The translations under genes and the position numbers were made by a program. A stretch of DNA of 64,000 nucleotides from Octopus vulgaris (taxonomy: Eukaryota), in NCBI GenBank assembly GCA_951406725.2, contig OX597823.1, forward strand, positions 51,770,001-51,834,000, in the 5' to 3' direction. Below the pieces are notes generated by a model. It was not told the origin of the DNA. It did not search any database and saw nothing but the letters and a program-made list of their open reading frames with translations. This document shows, one piece after another, positions 1 through 11,320 of this stretch (positions are counted from its first letter, which is position 1; each line of letters opens with the position of its first letter).

Positions 1-1097
1 GGATGTTGTACTAATGAATGTCTAAAAAAAAAAAAAAAAGGTTTTTTTTTTTTTTTTTTTTTCCTTTTAAACCGAAAATTATGTTTGTTTTAAACCTTGA
101 GATTACATAGAGAGTATTTTGCGTAGGATATGAGCAGTTCCCCATGAGCACTATCTTTTGAACTTCTGCCATTTTTGGGTTTCCTGGTATCTGAGTTAGG
201 TAGCTATCAGCCCCTTTTGCTATCATTCCCAGGGCACCTATGACAACAGGTATTGTTTTAGTCTTCAGCTTCCACATTTTGCTGATTTCTATTTCAAGAT
301 CTTTATATTTGCTCAGTTTTTGGTAGGTCTTGACAGATACGTTTATATCGATTGGGACAGTCATATCAATGAGGAGGCATGTTCTTTGTTTGAAGTTTTT
401 CAATATGATGTCTGGCCTATTTGCATCTATCTTCCTGTCAGTTTGAATGGCGAAGTTCCAGAGGAGTGAGATGTGGTCATTTTCAAGCACTGGGGGTGGT
501 TTGTGTTCCCACCAGTTTTTTTCATGGGGCAAATCCAGGTTTTTACAGATTACCCAGTGAATATATTGTGCAGCTCTATCGTGCCTGTTGAGATACTCTG
601 TAGGCGCTAGAAGACTGCACTTGGAGACCACATGGTCAATGGTTTCATTTTGTTGCTTGCATACACGACACGTTGGACTGCTTCTGATCTTTAATATGTT
701 GGCCTGGTAGTTTCTTGTTGGTAGGCATTGATCTTGAGCTGCTATGATAAACCCCTCTGTTTCAGATTTTAAGCCAGAGGCCATTAGCCATTGATGGGTC
801 AGGGCTTTGTCGATATCTGCATTATTCGCTCTCTTTGGGTATTTGCCATAGAGAGGTTTTTCTTGCCATTTATTATTCAGAATATCTAAGGCCGCAGTTT
901 TGGCACGGGTTTTCATGCGCCTAGCTTTTTCTGTGCTTGTTTCTTGTATTCATGCGCCTAGCTTTTTCTGTGCTTGTTTCTTGTATTCATGCGCCTAGCT
1001 TTTTCTGTGCTTGTTTCTTGTATTCATGCGCCTAGCTTTTTCTGTGCTTGTTTCTTGTATCATGCGCCTAGCTTTTTCTCATGCGCCTAGCTTTTTC
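1..1097 (-). mobile_element. 5'-truncated R4/Dong-type non-LTR retrotransposon (C-terminal CCHC knuckle plus restriction-like endonuclease, then 3' UTR)
   Basis: ORF 11..916 contains CRVCKQQNETIDHVVSKC (CCHC), RHD, RPDIIL, LIDMTVP, K..KY and IPVVIGALG, the RLE motif order of R4/Dong elements. One extra base in cccc at 140-143 shifts the frame; the corrected end reads LMGTAHILRKILSM* with the stop at 103-105. It abuts an (ATT)n tract, matching the TAA-repeat preference known for Dong. Confidence 0.9.
914..1097. repeat. Tandem reiteration of the element's 5' junction (4 x 36-37 bp, then 19 bp and 18 bp)
   Basis: Unit catgcgcctagctttttctgtgcttgtttcttgtatt starts at 914, 951, 988 and 1025; truncated copies start at 1061 and 1080. 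Confidence 0.95.
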
Positions 1098-1102
1098 ATA
1101 TA

Positions 1103-1103
<1 letters not shown>

Positions 1104-1196
<93 letters not shown>
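1104..1196. repeat. (ATT)n(AGT)n compound microsatellite
   Basis: Seen directly. Confidence 0.95.
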
Positions 1197-1399
1197 CGTG
1201 TAAAATAAAACGCCAGTTAAACATTGGGGTCGATTTAATCTCCTTGTACCTGTCACCCAATTTTCGGACTACGTAGCTATATTATAAAAATCACCCTTAG
1301 ATGTTGTTTTGCTTCTCTCCCTCTCTCCTTCTTTCGCTCTCTCTCTCTCTCTCCTTCTCCCCCACCTTCTCTCTGTGATTAGGTGTTTCACCACGATAC

Positions 1400-1785
1400 T
1401 TTTATCTTTTATCTTTTATGTGCTCTTAGACTGCAACCATGCTGAAGCACCACCGTGAAGAATTTTTAGTCGAATGAATTGGTCCCAGTACCTATTTTTT
1501 AAAAGCTTGGTGCTTATTATGTCGGTGTCTTTTGCTGAACCGCTAAGTTACGGGGTCGGTTGTCAAGCTGTGGTAGAGAACAAACACAGACTTAAAGACA
1601 CACACACACACACATATATACATATATGCATACGACAAGCTTCTTTCACTTTCAGTCTATCAAATTCACTCACAAGGCTTTGATCAGCATAAGACTATAT
1701 AGTAGAAGGCAAAAGGTGCCTCACAGAAGGACTGAATCCAGAACCATTTGGTTGGAAAGCATGCTTCTTACCACACAGCCACCCC
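1400..1785 (-). mobile_element. SINE family A (tRNA-like head, internal TA/TG microsatellite)
   Basis: Reverse complement of the repeat at 6446-6868. Confidence 0.85.
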
Positions 1786-2055
1786 TTTTAAAGAAAAAAA
1801 AAGCGACATCAAGAATTTCGGGACGTTTGCTTCATGATCTCGGATTTTTACAAAAAATGGTTCTTGGGTTCTCCTTTTCCTTTCTTTCTTTTTTAACAAG
1901 CAAAATTAATATTCATTGCAGCACAAAGCATTCAATGACTTTTGGTCAATTGAGAATTACACTGACATACAGTTACCCTGATACTTACACGGACGATTCG
2001 AAGCTTTTACTCGTGGAAGGTGCGAATAGAACAGCAGTTCAACTGGTGGCATAGA

Positions 2056-2141
2056 ATGCTCTTGAGCGCAATGGTTTTTGTCCGATCACGGAAGTTAAGC
2101 AAAGTCGATCCTAGTTATCGGGTAATCTAGGTGCAGTAAAG
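2056..2141 (+). pseudogene. 5S rRNA pseudogene with internal deletion
   Basis: ggtttttgtccgatcacggaagttaagcaaagtcgatcctagtta matches the invertebrate 5S core GGTTCTCGTCCGATCACCGAAGTTAAGCAACGTCGAGCCCGGTTA as I recall it. The box C segment is missing, followed by a degenerate 3' end (gggtaatctaggtgcagta). Confidence 0.75.
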
Positions 2142-2151
2142 ATCTCACTTA

Positions 2152-2550
2152 TAGGCGCAGGCGTGGCTTTGTGGTAAGAAGTTTACTACCCAACCACATG
2201 GTTCTAGGTTCAGTCCTACTGCGTGGCACCTTAGACAAATGTCTTCTATTATAGCCTCGGATCGATCAAAGTCTTGTGAGTGGATTTGGTTGACGGAAAC
2301 TGAAAAAGCTCTGTCGTATAAATATGTATACGTGTCTGTTTTCCCCTGTTTTCCCACCCACAGCTTGACAACTGATGCTGGTGTGTTTACGTCCCCGTAA
2401 TCTAGTGGTTCGGCAAAAGATACCGACAGAATAAATATCAGAGTTTAAAAAAAAAGTACTGGGGGTCGATAATTTCTACTAAAAACTCTTCAGGATGGTG
2501 CCCCAGTATGGCTGCAGTCTAATGACTGAAGCAAGTAGAAAGTAAAAAGA
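2152..2550 (+). mobile_element. SINE family A
   Basis: Head ggcgcaggcgtggctttgtggtaag, B-box-like ggttcagtcc, tail gcagtctaatgactgaagcaagt. Confidence 0.9.
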
Positions 2551-3124
2551 TAGTAAGCTCCACATGAAGATTTGTTCCCCGAGGACCTGAAAACAACAAA
2601 AGAGGAATGAAAGAGAGAGAGAGAGAGACGCAGGAAATAGTTATCCTTTCACATCTGTAGGGCCTACGAACTTCACTTTCCTAAAAACTACAAGTCGAAT
2701 CTTCGAAGATGGCCGAAAGACTCACCTCGCTTCGCTGGGAGTAACCGACATCTTGTGCATCAACGTCCAAGGAACCTATACTCCTCTCCCAATAATATGA
2801 ATCCAATGCAATGGGAAGATGAAAAGTAAATCGAGGATGGACAGACACCAAACTGCTGGATATATTGAATCAGTAGAATGGAACGAAAAGGATGCAGAAA
2901 ATTTGAAATAAGCCCAAATAAATGTCTTGTGAAGTACAGGAATAGATTCACAGTAACTTTTCTCTTATTCATTTCCCCACTATATAAAGCATCTCCTTAC
3001 TTTTTGTGTCGTTGTTACTGTTGATCCTTCCCACGATTGTTTAACTACTGCACTAGTAATTTTGAACATTCTTGTCCGTATCAATCGATTGAGAATATTT
3101 TCAGATTATCTACCACTGCCATGT

Positions 3125-3550
3125 AGAGCTGGCAGAAACGTTAGCTTGCCGGGCGAAATGCTTAGCGATAATTCGTCTGTCGCTACGTTCTGAGTTCAAA
3201 TTCCGCTGAGGTCGACTTTGCCTTTCATCCTTTCGGGGTCGATAAATTAAGTACCCGTTACGCACTGGGGTCGATTTAATCGACTTAATCCCTTTGTCTG
3301 TCCTTATTTGTCCCCTCTATGTTTAGCCCCTTGTGGACAATAAAGAAATAAGAATTATTAGCACGCCAGGCAAAATGCTTAGTGGAATTCCGCCCGTCTT
3401 AACGCTCAGAATTTAAATTTCGCCGTTGTCGACTTTACTTTTCGTCCTTTCGGGGTCGATAAAATAAGTATCAGTTGAACATTGGAGTCGATGTAATCGA
3501 CCGATGCCTCCTCCGAACTTCAGGCTTTGTGCCTACATTTGAAAGGATTA
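3125..3550 (+). mobile_element. Two adjacent SINE family B copies
   Basis: Both carry gagttcaaatt(c/t)cgc..gtcgacttt..ctttc(a/g)tcctttcggggtcgataaa; the same repeat occurs at 8990, 44825, 55890 and 56825. Confidence 0.85.
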
Positions 3551-4410
3551 TTACCAACATATTATTTCAACGTTCCAATATATATGACTGAAACAAGTGA
3601 AAAAAAAGAGTTAAATGGGAGAACTAAATAGTTGGTTTTACCGTTCTACCTTCGAAACAGGCAGATCGATAAAATATAGTACCAGCTAATTACTGGGGTA
3701 GATTAAATCGAATATGTTCATAATTCACGATGCATGGCTTTGTGCCATTATTGTAGATCAGGAGATACTTTTTAAGTAAATATATTCTTTTATTGAAAGA
3801 TAATGCAATGTAAAATTACTTAATAGAGAGTATATACTTCCTTTTCAGAAGAACCTAGCAATTATTGAATATTTGTAGATTTTTTTTTTTTCTTAACATT
3901 TTTGTGTTTTTGATACTGAAAATACAGTTAACGAAAACTTTGGTCTGATCAAAGGTGATAGAGTGTCTCTATTATTAAATGATAAGTGAAAACAATTTAC
4001 AGAAAACAGACGTTTTTAGAACAAGCAGCAAAATAAATGAATAAATTTGAGGTAATAAATAATATAGGAAATAAGTTTATCCGGGAAGATGTACTTCTCT
4101 ATTTTTATGGGTCTATACTCTCAGCGTGTATATGAATGTGTATATGAGTATGCATATACATTTCATAACAAGACACATACAGGGCACATAACAATTAGTG
4201 TTAGCAAGGAATTTCTCAAAGGTTGTTCATATAACATTTGAGTTATTTGAGGCTTCCTGCAATAAATCTTTGTAATGAAAGAATAAACAGAAATGGTCGA
4301 CTTAAGATATACGATTTGAAAATGTGATCATATTTCATAGCAATCACTTTCAGCCCTGGCGTTTCTTTTACTGGGCTGACATATGGCCTGAGAACTTTTG
4401 AGGCACTGGA

Positions 4411-4967
4411 GACTTGTTTGCTAGGCAGACGCATGATCTGACATCCTTCTGTCACGATTTGCTCGATGGGTGGAATCGAGCAGAACCCGGTGTTGGTAGA
4501 TGGATGTGCCTCGAAGATAACGCTATTCGGCTCACTTCTAGGAGAAGAACGACCCGCTCACATCAGACCCGTGTTTATAGTTCGTGGTATCGTCCACTTA
4601 AATACCGACAGCCTCTCGTGGGAGACCTTCTGCCAACGGACAGCAAAGCTTACTCCAATCAATTAACCGGGCGTCGTGGAGGAAAACCTTCCTCTCGTCT
4701 TCGATAGGTAGACATTGAGAGTATCTCTTCGACGTGTGCGTGGGGCAGCCTCGAGGGTTATGCTTTGCCTGAACAAGCCATTTCATTCTGTAGACGCTTT
4801 TTTACTTCTTAGCATGTGGTACCATCCACCTTAAAACAACGGTACCGGCTTGGAGAATAAAGATTTGGGTCAGTATCTCGTCCTATGCTCGTGTTGCTAT
4901 CAGTGAGTGCACTGTGGAACTATCCACGTAAACTTCAGAGTAAGTCGCGGTTTCGCATTCATAAAAG
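4411..4967 (+). mobile_element. Probable decayed R2 retrotransposon 3' end (RLE remnant plus 3' UTR)
   Basis: Ends exactly before TAGCCAAA, the 28S sequence 3' of the canonical R2 site. Frameshifted translation gives DLFAR, VTICS, SKITLFGS and FIVRGIVH, resembling the PDL / DVT / K..KY / RG.W order of R2 endonucleases. Confidence 0.6.
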
Positions 4968-5817
4968 TAGCCAAATTCATCGACATCTAATTAGTGATAT
5001 GCATAAACAGATCAACGGGATTTTCACTGTCTCTCTCTGCTGTGTAACAAAATCACAGTTAAGGGAACAGGCTTAGACGGATCGTAGGGGAAAGAGAACT
5101 CTGCTGAGCTTGACTCTAGTTTTGTTTTATGAGGGTGCTTAGTTGGCGTAGCATAAGCGGTAGCATTTGCATTGACCAACGCCGACCGCCGATACTAGCA
5201 GCGTCGCGACCGCTGTCCTCTTACGATTTCTCTTGTGCCGACGTTGTCGGTTGGTCGGTTTCGTGTCGGGGTGTCGTTCGCGTTTGCGATGATGAAAAAC
5301 CGGACCGTGGGGGAAAGAGAACTCTGCTGAGCTTGACTCTAGTTTGGTTTTATGAGGGTGCTTAGTTGGCGTAACATAAGCGGTAGCATTTGCATTGACC
5401 AACGCCGACCGCCGATACTAGCAGCGTCGCGACCGCTGTCCTCTTAGGATTTCTCTTGTGCCGACGTTGTCGGTTGGTCGGTTTCGTGTCGGGGTGTCGT
5501 TCGCGTTTGCGATGATGAAAAACCGTCACTTCCATAGTTACTTCACGCACTAGATGGTAAAGGGATCGAGCAGTCAATGAGAAGTGATTCATTATCTGGT
5601 GCGAATTGCGTGGTGTATGTCAAGCGCCCTGACGGGTGCCGATGCGACCGATGCACGACCCTTCATCGAGAAAATTGACGGCCGAAGAGTCTGACTGAGG
5701 CGGTATGTGTGTCAAATAACGCAGGTGTCCCAAGGCGAGCTCAGCGTGGACGAAAACCTCACGTTGAGCAAATGGACAAAAGCTTGCTTGATCTCGATTT
5801 TCCGAAAGAATATGGAC
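4968..5817 (+). pseudogene. 28S rRNA fragment (pseudogene) with internal 223-bp tandem duplication
   Basis: tagccaaat..catctaattagtga, aagggaacaggctt, gagcttgactctagt, taacgcaggtgtcccaaggcgagctcag and aaaagcttgcttgatct are conserved LSU segments in the correct order, with many substitutions. Confidence 0.92.
5079..5525 (+). repeat. 223-bp tandem duplication inside the 28S fragment
   Basis: 5079-5301 and 5302-5525 are nearly identical, with only a handful of substitutions. Confidence 0.95.
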
Positions 5818-6445
5818 ACACTCAAAGATCATCACTGTTTGAAGGAAATTGGTTTTCATGATGTCTATGTCTTGTCTTGTCTTGTCGCCTTTAAAGTGTT
5901 CACAGAGCATTGATCTGAAGTCATGATGTCGGCATTTCGAAACCCAATGTGAGCCATCGGGATACAGGTATCTCTTTTCCAGCATTCAGATGGTTTCCAT
6001 TCCTCCACATCAACAAACGTTTTCTCAACCACAATTTTAATCTCTATGCTCTCTAACGCCATTCATCGATACATCCAGCTGTTCCAAAAAACAGGAGGCA
6101 TAAGAAATTCGTAAAATTTAAGCCAAACATCCTGTATAAAGTTGACAATTAATTGATGAACCACTGCAGAGGAGACTTAGAAGCCACATTTACTTTGCAT
6201 TTCATTCAAATAAACTGTTTAGAGTTTACATCTGTGTCAAAACTCATTATTAGTGAACTAGCGGGACCTGTATTTATTTCACAGAATTAATGGTAAACCT
6301 ATTGGGTTATTTCTGAAAATTTTATCCAAAACACCTGAAAGCGCAGCCTGTATTGCACCTGTATGGAATGGTAATCCTTCATCTGCTACTCATTGAAAAG
6401 TGGAAGGAAATTGGAATACGATGATTTCTTAACGCACTTTATACA

Positions 6446-6609
6446 GTGCAGGAGTGGCTGTGTGGTAAGTAGCTTGCTAACCAACCACATGGTTCCGGGT
6501 TCAGTCCCACTGCGTGGCATCTTGGGCAAGTGTCTTCTGCTATAGCCCCGGGCCGACCAATGCCTTGTGAGTGGATTTGGTAGACGGAAACTGAAAGAAG
6601 CCTGTCGTA

Positions 6610-6649
<40 letters not shown>

Positions 6650-6868
6650 TGTGTGTGTCTGTGTTTGTCCCCCTAGCATTGCTTGACAACCGATGCTGGT
6701 GTGTTTACGTCCCCGTCACTTAGCGGTTCGGCAAAAGAGACCGATAGAATAAGTACTGGGCTTACAAAGAATAAGTCCCGGGGTCGATTTGCTCGACTAA
6801 AGGCGGTGCTCCAGCATGGCCGCAGTCAAATGACTGAAACAAGTAAAAGAGTAAAAGAGAAAAGAGTA
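6446..6868 (+). mobile_element. SINE family A, full-length young copy
   Basis: Head ggagtggctgtgtggtaag..ggttcagtccc, internal (TA)n(TG)n, tail ccagcatggccgcagtcaaatgactgaaacaagtaaaaga; CpGs retained. Confidence 0.93.
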
Positions 6869-7182
6869 ATATACTTTATATACTTTAGGCACAGTTTTAT
6901 AGACTTAATACACAGCACCCATAAAATAAATATTCACTCTTATTTTTCCATTTTTTCCCATGGACAAAAAAAAATATCCTGTACATATGATACTGCCTTT
7001 GGTTAAATTGCACATAATACAACCTTTAGTTAGGAATGTGCATGTATTAGGTGATATGTGATATAAAAAATTTACTTCAGTTTAAAAAAATACACTTTTC
7101 TCTATCTAATCACCACTACCACCACCACCACCACCTCAATCTCCACCACCGCCACCATCATCATTTCTCTCTCCCTCTGTCC

Positions 7183-7224
<42 letters not shown>

Positions 7225-7899
7225 TCTCTTTTTTTTTTCCTTCTCTCTCTACCTTTATTTAAACTCACCATCAGAATATCACCTCTCTGCTAAAATCATA
7301 TTTTTAACTCTCTCCCTCTAACTTCATCTAGCTTTTTTAACCATGTAATAAATATTACGTTCTCTCACCTCACGTCATGGACGCTTCTGTCTCTCCCTTT
7401 TTTCTCCCTCTTTCTGTCTCGCTTTTTGCCTTATACTCTTTTCTTCTCTCCTTTACCTTTCTCCCCTCTTTCTCTTCAACTAATCAAGTGAAGGCATTAC
7501 AATTACATTCCCTCTACCTCACGTCATGGACACTCTCTCTCTCTCTCTCTCTCTTCCTCTCTCTCTCTCTTCCTCTTTCCCTCTTTTTCTCTCCCTCTTT
7601 TTTTCTAATCATGCGAAAGTGTTACTGATGGGCTAAGTAACGCAATGACAAGCAGAACTATTATAAGATGTTTCATACTGTTTCTAAGATTTCTTTAAAA
7701 GTAAGGCAAATCTTTACTTCAAGTCTAGAGAAATAGATAGCTGACTAACCAGACAGAAAAATTTATTTGTAAATTCGTGAAAATATTAGATTTATGATAC
7801 TCCATGTATGTCTCTAAAACAAGTCTTGCATTTATGTTATGAATTAAAGTTAACTAAAAAGCTTCATTAAAATGCATGTGCTTTACCATTATTTTCTGT

Positions 7900-8700
7900 G
7901 CTCTGTATGGAAAATAGAGTAACAGAACAAGAGAGAGGAAGAATTACATAGTTTGGTTTTTAAAAAAATTATGGTCATGGGTCTCCAGAAATACCTTGAT
8001 TATGACAAGAAGTGTAAAGGAATATTTAGCCAAAGGTTTTGAATGAGGTTAATCTGGGGCCAGTAGAGATTGTAGAAACTGGGATTATAGTTGGAGTAAA
8101 GATAGAAAATGCTATGTTCTGATCTCCATCATTTTTATCTGTTTTTCCCATCCACCATTTCTAAATGCCAATTAAGGAGGTTTGCTTTCTCTGACCTTTT
8201 TACATTCTTTGGCAAGAGAAAGCAGAAATACAAATCCCTGAACATTTTGTTTGTGCATTCTTCAACCCTGAAGATTAGATGTAAGCAGTTCATGTTAGGA
8301 AAGATCCTCAGATAATAAACAACCCCATCAAGAGGAGAAGTAGAAAACATGAGGAAGCATTTCTTTTGAGGAAAATCATAATTGGAAAAATGAGAAAAGA
8401 AACGCGGAAATATCTGAAAGTCTTCAAAATCAATATAACAAAATTCCTTCACAATGTTTTAATCCAAATCTCCCAAAGGCACAAAGCAATTTGTTAAACA
8501 AAGATTACAATGCATGGGAATGCAAAGAAATAAAAACAAAGAATAGTTGGCTGGACTTTGAGATGCTCTGATATAATGCACAGGTGATTTTAACCTTCAA
8601 CTGATGATCAAAGACAATGCTGAACCTGAAGGACTTTTAAAAGAAAGGATGGATTCCTTTGCACATTACTGATGTTGCCTGCTGATTTAAGTTTATTTTT
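7900..8700 (+). mobile_element. Possible highly decayed non-LTR RT remnant
   Basis: Fragmentary peptides SSTLKIRCKQF and NSWLDFEM loosely resemble the pre-RT and WLD..AF motifs of early-branching non-LTR elements; many stops and frameshifts. Confidence 0.25.
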
Positions 8701-8989
8701 CTGATAGAAATAAAATAAGTTTATGATATTTTCTACAAAACCAAGGATTACGTACATATCTGTAATGCTTGTATGTAGATGTACACTAAGAATTTAGATA
8801 AGTGTCAATGCTTGAAATATATTTGTATGTTTTTGTAATTCTAAATCTCATGGCACCCAGTGAATCCCGTTCTGTTGGGTACAGATATCAAGTATGGTGC
8901 ATACTAAAGTTTAGATTCAAGAAATGCGAGACATGATACACTGACTTATAGAACAATCACTTGCAGGTTTTAACCTCCTCATGATATTT

Positions 8990-9222
8990 TATTTCTTTAT
9001 TGCCCTCAAGGGGCTAAACATAGAGGGAACAAACAAGGACAGACAATGGGATTAAGTCGATTACATCGACCCCAGTGCGTAACTGGTACTTAATTTATCG
9101 ACCCCGAAAGGATGAAAGGCAAAGTTTGACCTTGGCGGAATTTGAACTCAGAACGTAACGGCAGACGAAATACGGCTACGCATTTCGCCCAGCATGCTAA
9201 TGTTTCTGCCAGCTCACTGCCT
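8990..9222 (-). mobile_element. SINE family B
   Basis: Reverse complement of 3125-3352. Confidence 0.9.
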
Positions 9223-9917
9223 TTCTTTCAGCCTCATGATATGTCAAGTCAACCTGGAAGAAGTCATCATTGTTTAAGCTATGATCAGAGTGGTAGAGTG
9301 TACTCAGCCTTGGACATGCAAAATGATTCTGCCTGAAATATCGAAGATTTGAGCCAATAAAATGCAGTTTCTGGTAAACTCTATGCAGCTGATAGTCCTG
9401 CTAGAAATAGCAGCCAGGCTTTCATAAAATTTCAGCATACTATCTCAAAAAAGGAAAGGACATATTTGACAATGTGGAGAACATTAGATTACAAAAGAAA
9501 GAGAGAGAGAGAGAGAGAGAGCTTGCGAGAATGTTGCAGCTTTTATCACTGTTGTCGTAGATCTGCTATAATTATTGAGTATATTATAATCAAAGCATTC
9601 CACTTGTAACCAACCTGTTTCATTTTTATTCACATTTACTGTATCTAGAACTATATAAACCTAAAAATCTAGATAATTCTAAAACAGACAAGATCATCCC
9701 AGCTGGAATGCCTTTGATCACAGATCTGCTTCATTGGAGCTGATATTGAGTGAGAAAACAACAAACTAGGCTTTCTAGATACTCTCCAAAATGATGGGAT
9801 GATCACAGTAACTGGACTGTTTCAATCAAAGGCCTGATTCTTAAGAGCTGATTCAGGATTAAACAAGCAAAAAACAAACTAGGTTTTCATAGTCCATTCT
9901 TGCTTGGGTTCTATTCG

Positions 9918-10146
9918 TTTACCTTTTAGCATTTAAACTGGCCTTATCCAGTCAAAATATTCTATTTGTTTTATGTTCAAATTGGCCAAGTACAGTCTCT
10001 CACACCTACCCTACAATGCCATACAAAAAGTAAACAATCCCATAATCGAAAATCTCAAAGCTACAAGATAATGCATGATTATTTATAAACAATGTGAAGA
10101 AATAAGCATCACGTTTGACAGAATAATCTGAATGTTAAAGAGTGAA
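9918..10146. mobile_element. piggyBac-type MITE, degenerate
   Basis: Homologous to 35978-36174, with eroded CCCTTTAGCATT/AATGCTAAAGGG ends. Confidence 0.7.
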
Positions 10147-10279
10147 CCTACAGAAAATTACATATCTGAAAATGCCAAAGCCATTTGAAATAAACACAAA
10201 GATGTATGAAAATAGTAAAATAGTTCAAATGAATCTGTGTAATATGTAAATGTGTACACTAATATACACCAAAGCTGTA

Positions 10280-10590
10280 AGTTATGACAATGAGGGTTCC
10301 AGTTGACCTGATCAATGGAATAGCTTGCTCATGAAATTAACATGCAAGTGGTTGAGCACTCCACAGACACACATACCCTTAACGTAGCTCTCTGGGAGAT
10401 TCAGTGTGACACAGAATGTGACAAGGCTAGCCTTTTGAAATACAGGTACTACTCACTTTTGCCAGCTGAGTGAACTGGGGCAACATGAAATAAAGTGTCT
10501 TGCTCAAGGACACAATGTGTCACCGGGAATTGAACTCATGACCTTACGATCATGAGCTGAATGCCCTAACCACTAAGCCACAAGCCTTCC
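10280..10590 (-). mobile_element. SINE family D (tRNA-derived)
   Basis: The minus strand reads tggcttagtggttagggcattc..gagttcaattccc..gtgtccttgagcaagacacttta; related copies occur at 27450, 37712, 42845 and 45333. Confidence 0.85.
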
Positions 10591-10740
10591 CTACACCAAA
10601 AAGGACACATTTAAAACATATATAACTGTGTTCATTAAAATAGGCAGAAAGTCACAAAAGTGACTCAAAGGTTGAGGATTTTAATTATATAAAGGTTATA
10701 TTGTCGTTTAGGAATCCCAAATTAACTCACCATAGATGTA

Positions 10741-10832
10741 TCCTTGGCCTGATGATTAGCTAGCTGAGTACCCCTCATTGAGTACTTATTACATCAGAAG
10801 ATTAGCTAGCTAGGAAACATATGTGGCCTGGA
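10741..10832 (+). ncRNA. Type I hammerhead ribozyme motif, GUG triplet (probably inactive)
   Basis: ttggc-CTGATGA-ttagctagct...agctagctag-GAAA-CATATG-TG-gcc: 10-bp helix II, palindromic ACATATGT helix III. Confidence 0.75.
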
Positions 10833-11054
10833 TTTTACCTGTTCCACTCCCACAATTTGGAGTTTTATTTGCATTCATAGCAACTCTTGTTGCTAACTGT
10901 GAGCTATACAAAACATGTTTCTGTTTGTGTGTCTCCCTTATCTTGATATCATGAGCTAATTGTAAACAAACTTTCAGTTGTGACATTTTTGGCAGTCTTC
11001 TGTAATAACATGTCTGGATTCCTATTTTACTGGGATGAACCCTCAAAGCCTTCT

Positions 11055-11083
11055 AATCATTATCACCATCATCATCATAGTCG

Positions 11084-11149
<66 letters not shown>

Positions 11150-11320
11150 ACATCATCATCATTTAATGTCCACTTTCCATGCCAGCATGGAATAGCTGGT
11201 TTGACTGGAGCTGGTAAGCCAGGGAGCTGCACCAGATTCCAGTCTGATTTGGCATGGTTTCTATGGGTGGATACCGTTCCTAATGCCAACCACTCCAAGA
11301 GTATAATGAGTGCTTTTTAT
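11055..11320. repeat. (CAT)n microsatellite plus repeat family C tail
   Basis: Long (cat)n followed by tttaatgtccactttccatgccagcatgg, shared with 43148, 51243, 57810 and 63541. Confidence 0.85.

Noticed and set aside
11-139. C-terminal extension of the 301-aa ORF with poly-K and poly-F
   Set aside because: Result of a one-base frameshift at 140-143 reading into the A/T homopolymers of the 3' UTR.
914-1097. 37-bp repeats resembling a CRISPR array
   Set aside because: The repeats are directly adjacent with no spacers, derive from the LINE, and lie in eukaryotic context.
4968-5817. Functional rRNA locus
   Set aside because: Partial, substituted at conserved positions, internally duplicated, and without 18S or 5.8S neighbours.
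6446-6520. tRNA genes at SINE heads (also at 43060-43130 and 45335-45405)
   Set aside because: A/B-box-like motifs run straight into SINE bodies and no complete cloverleaf is evident.
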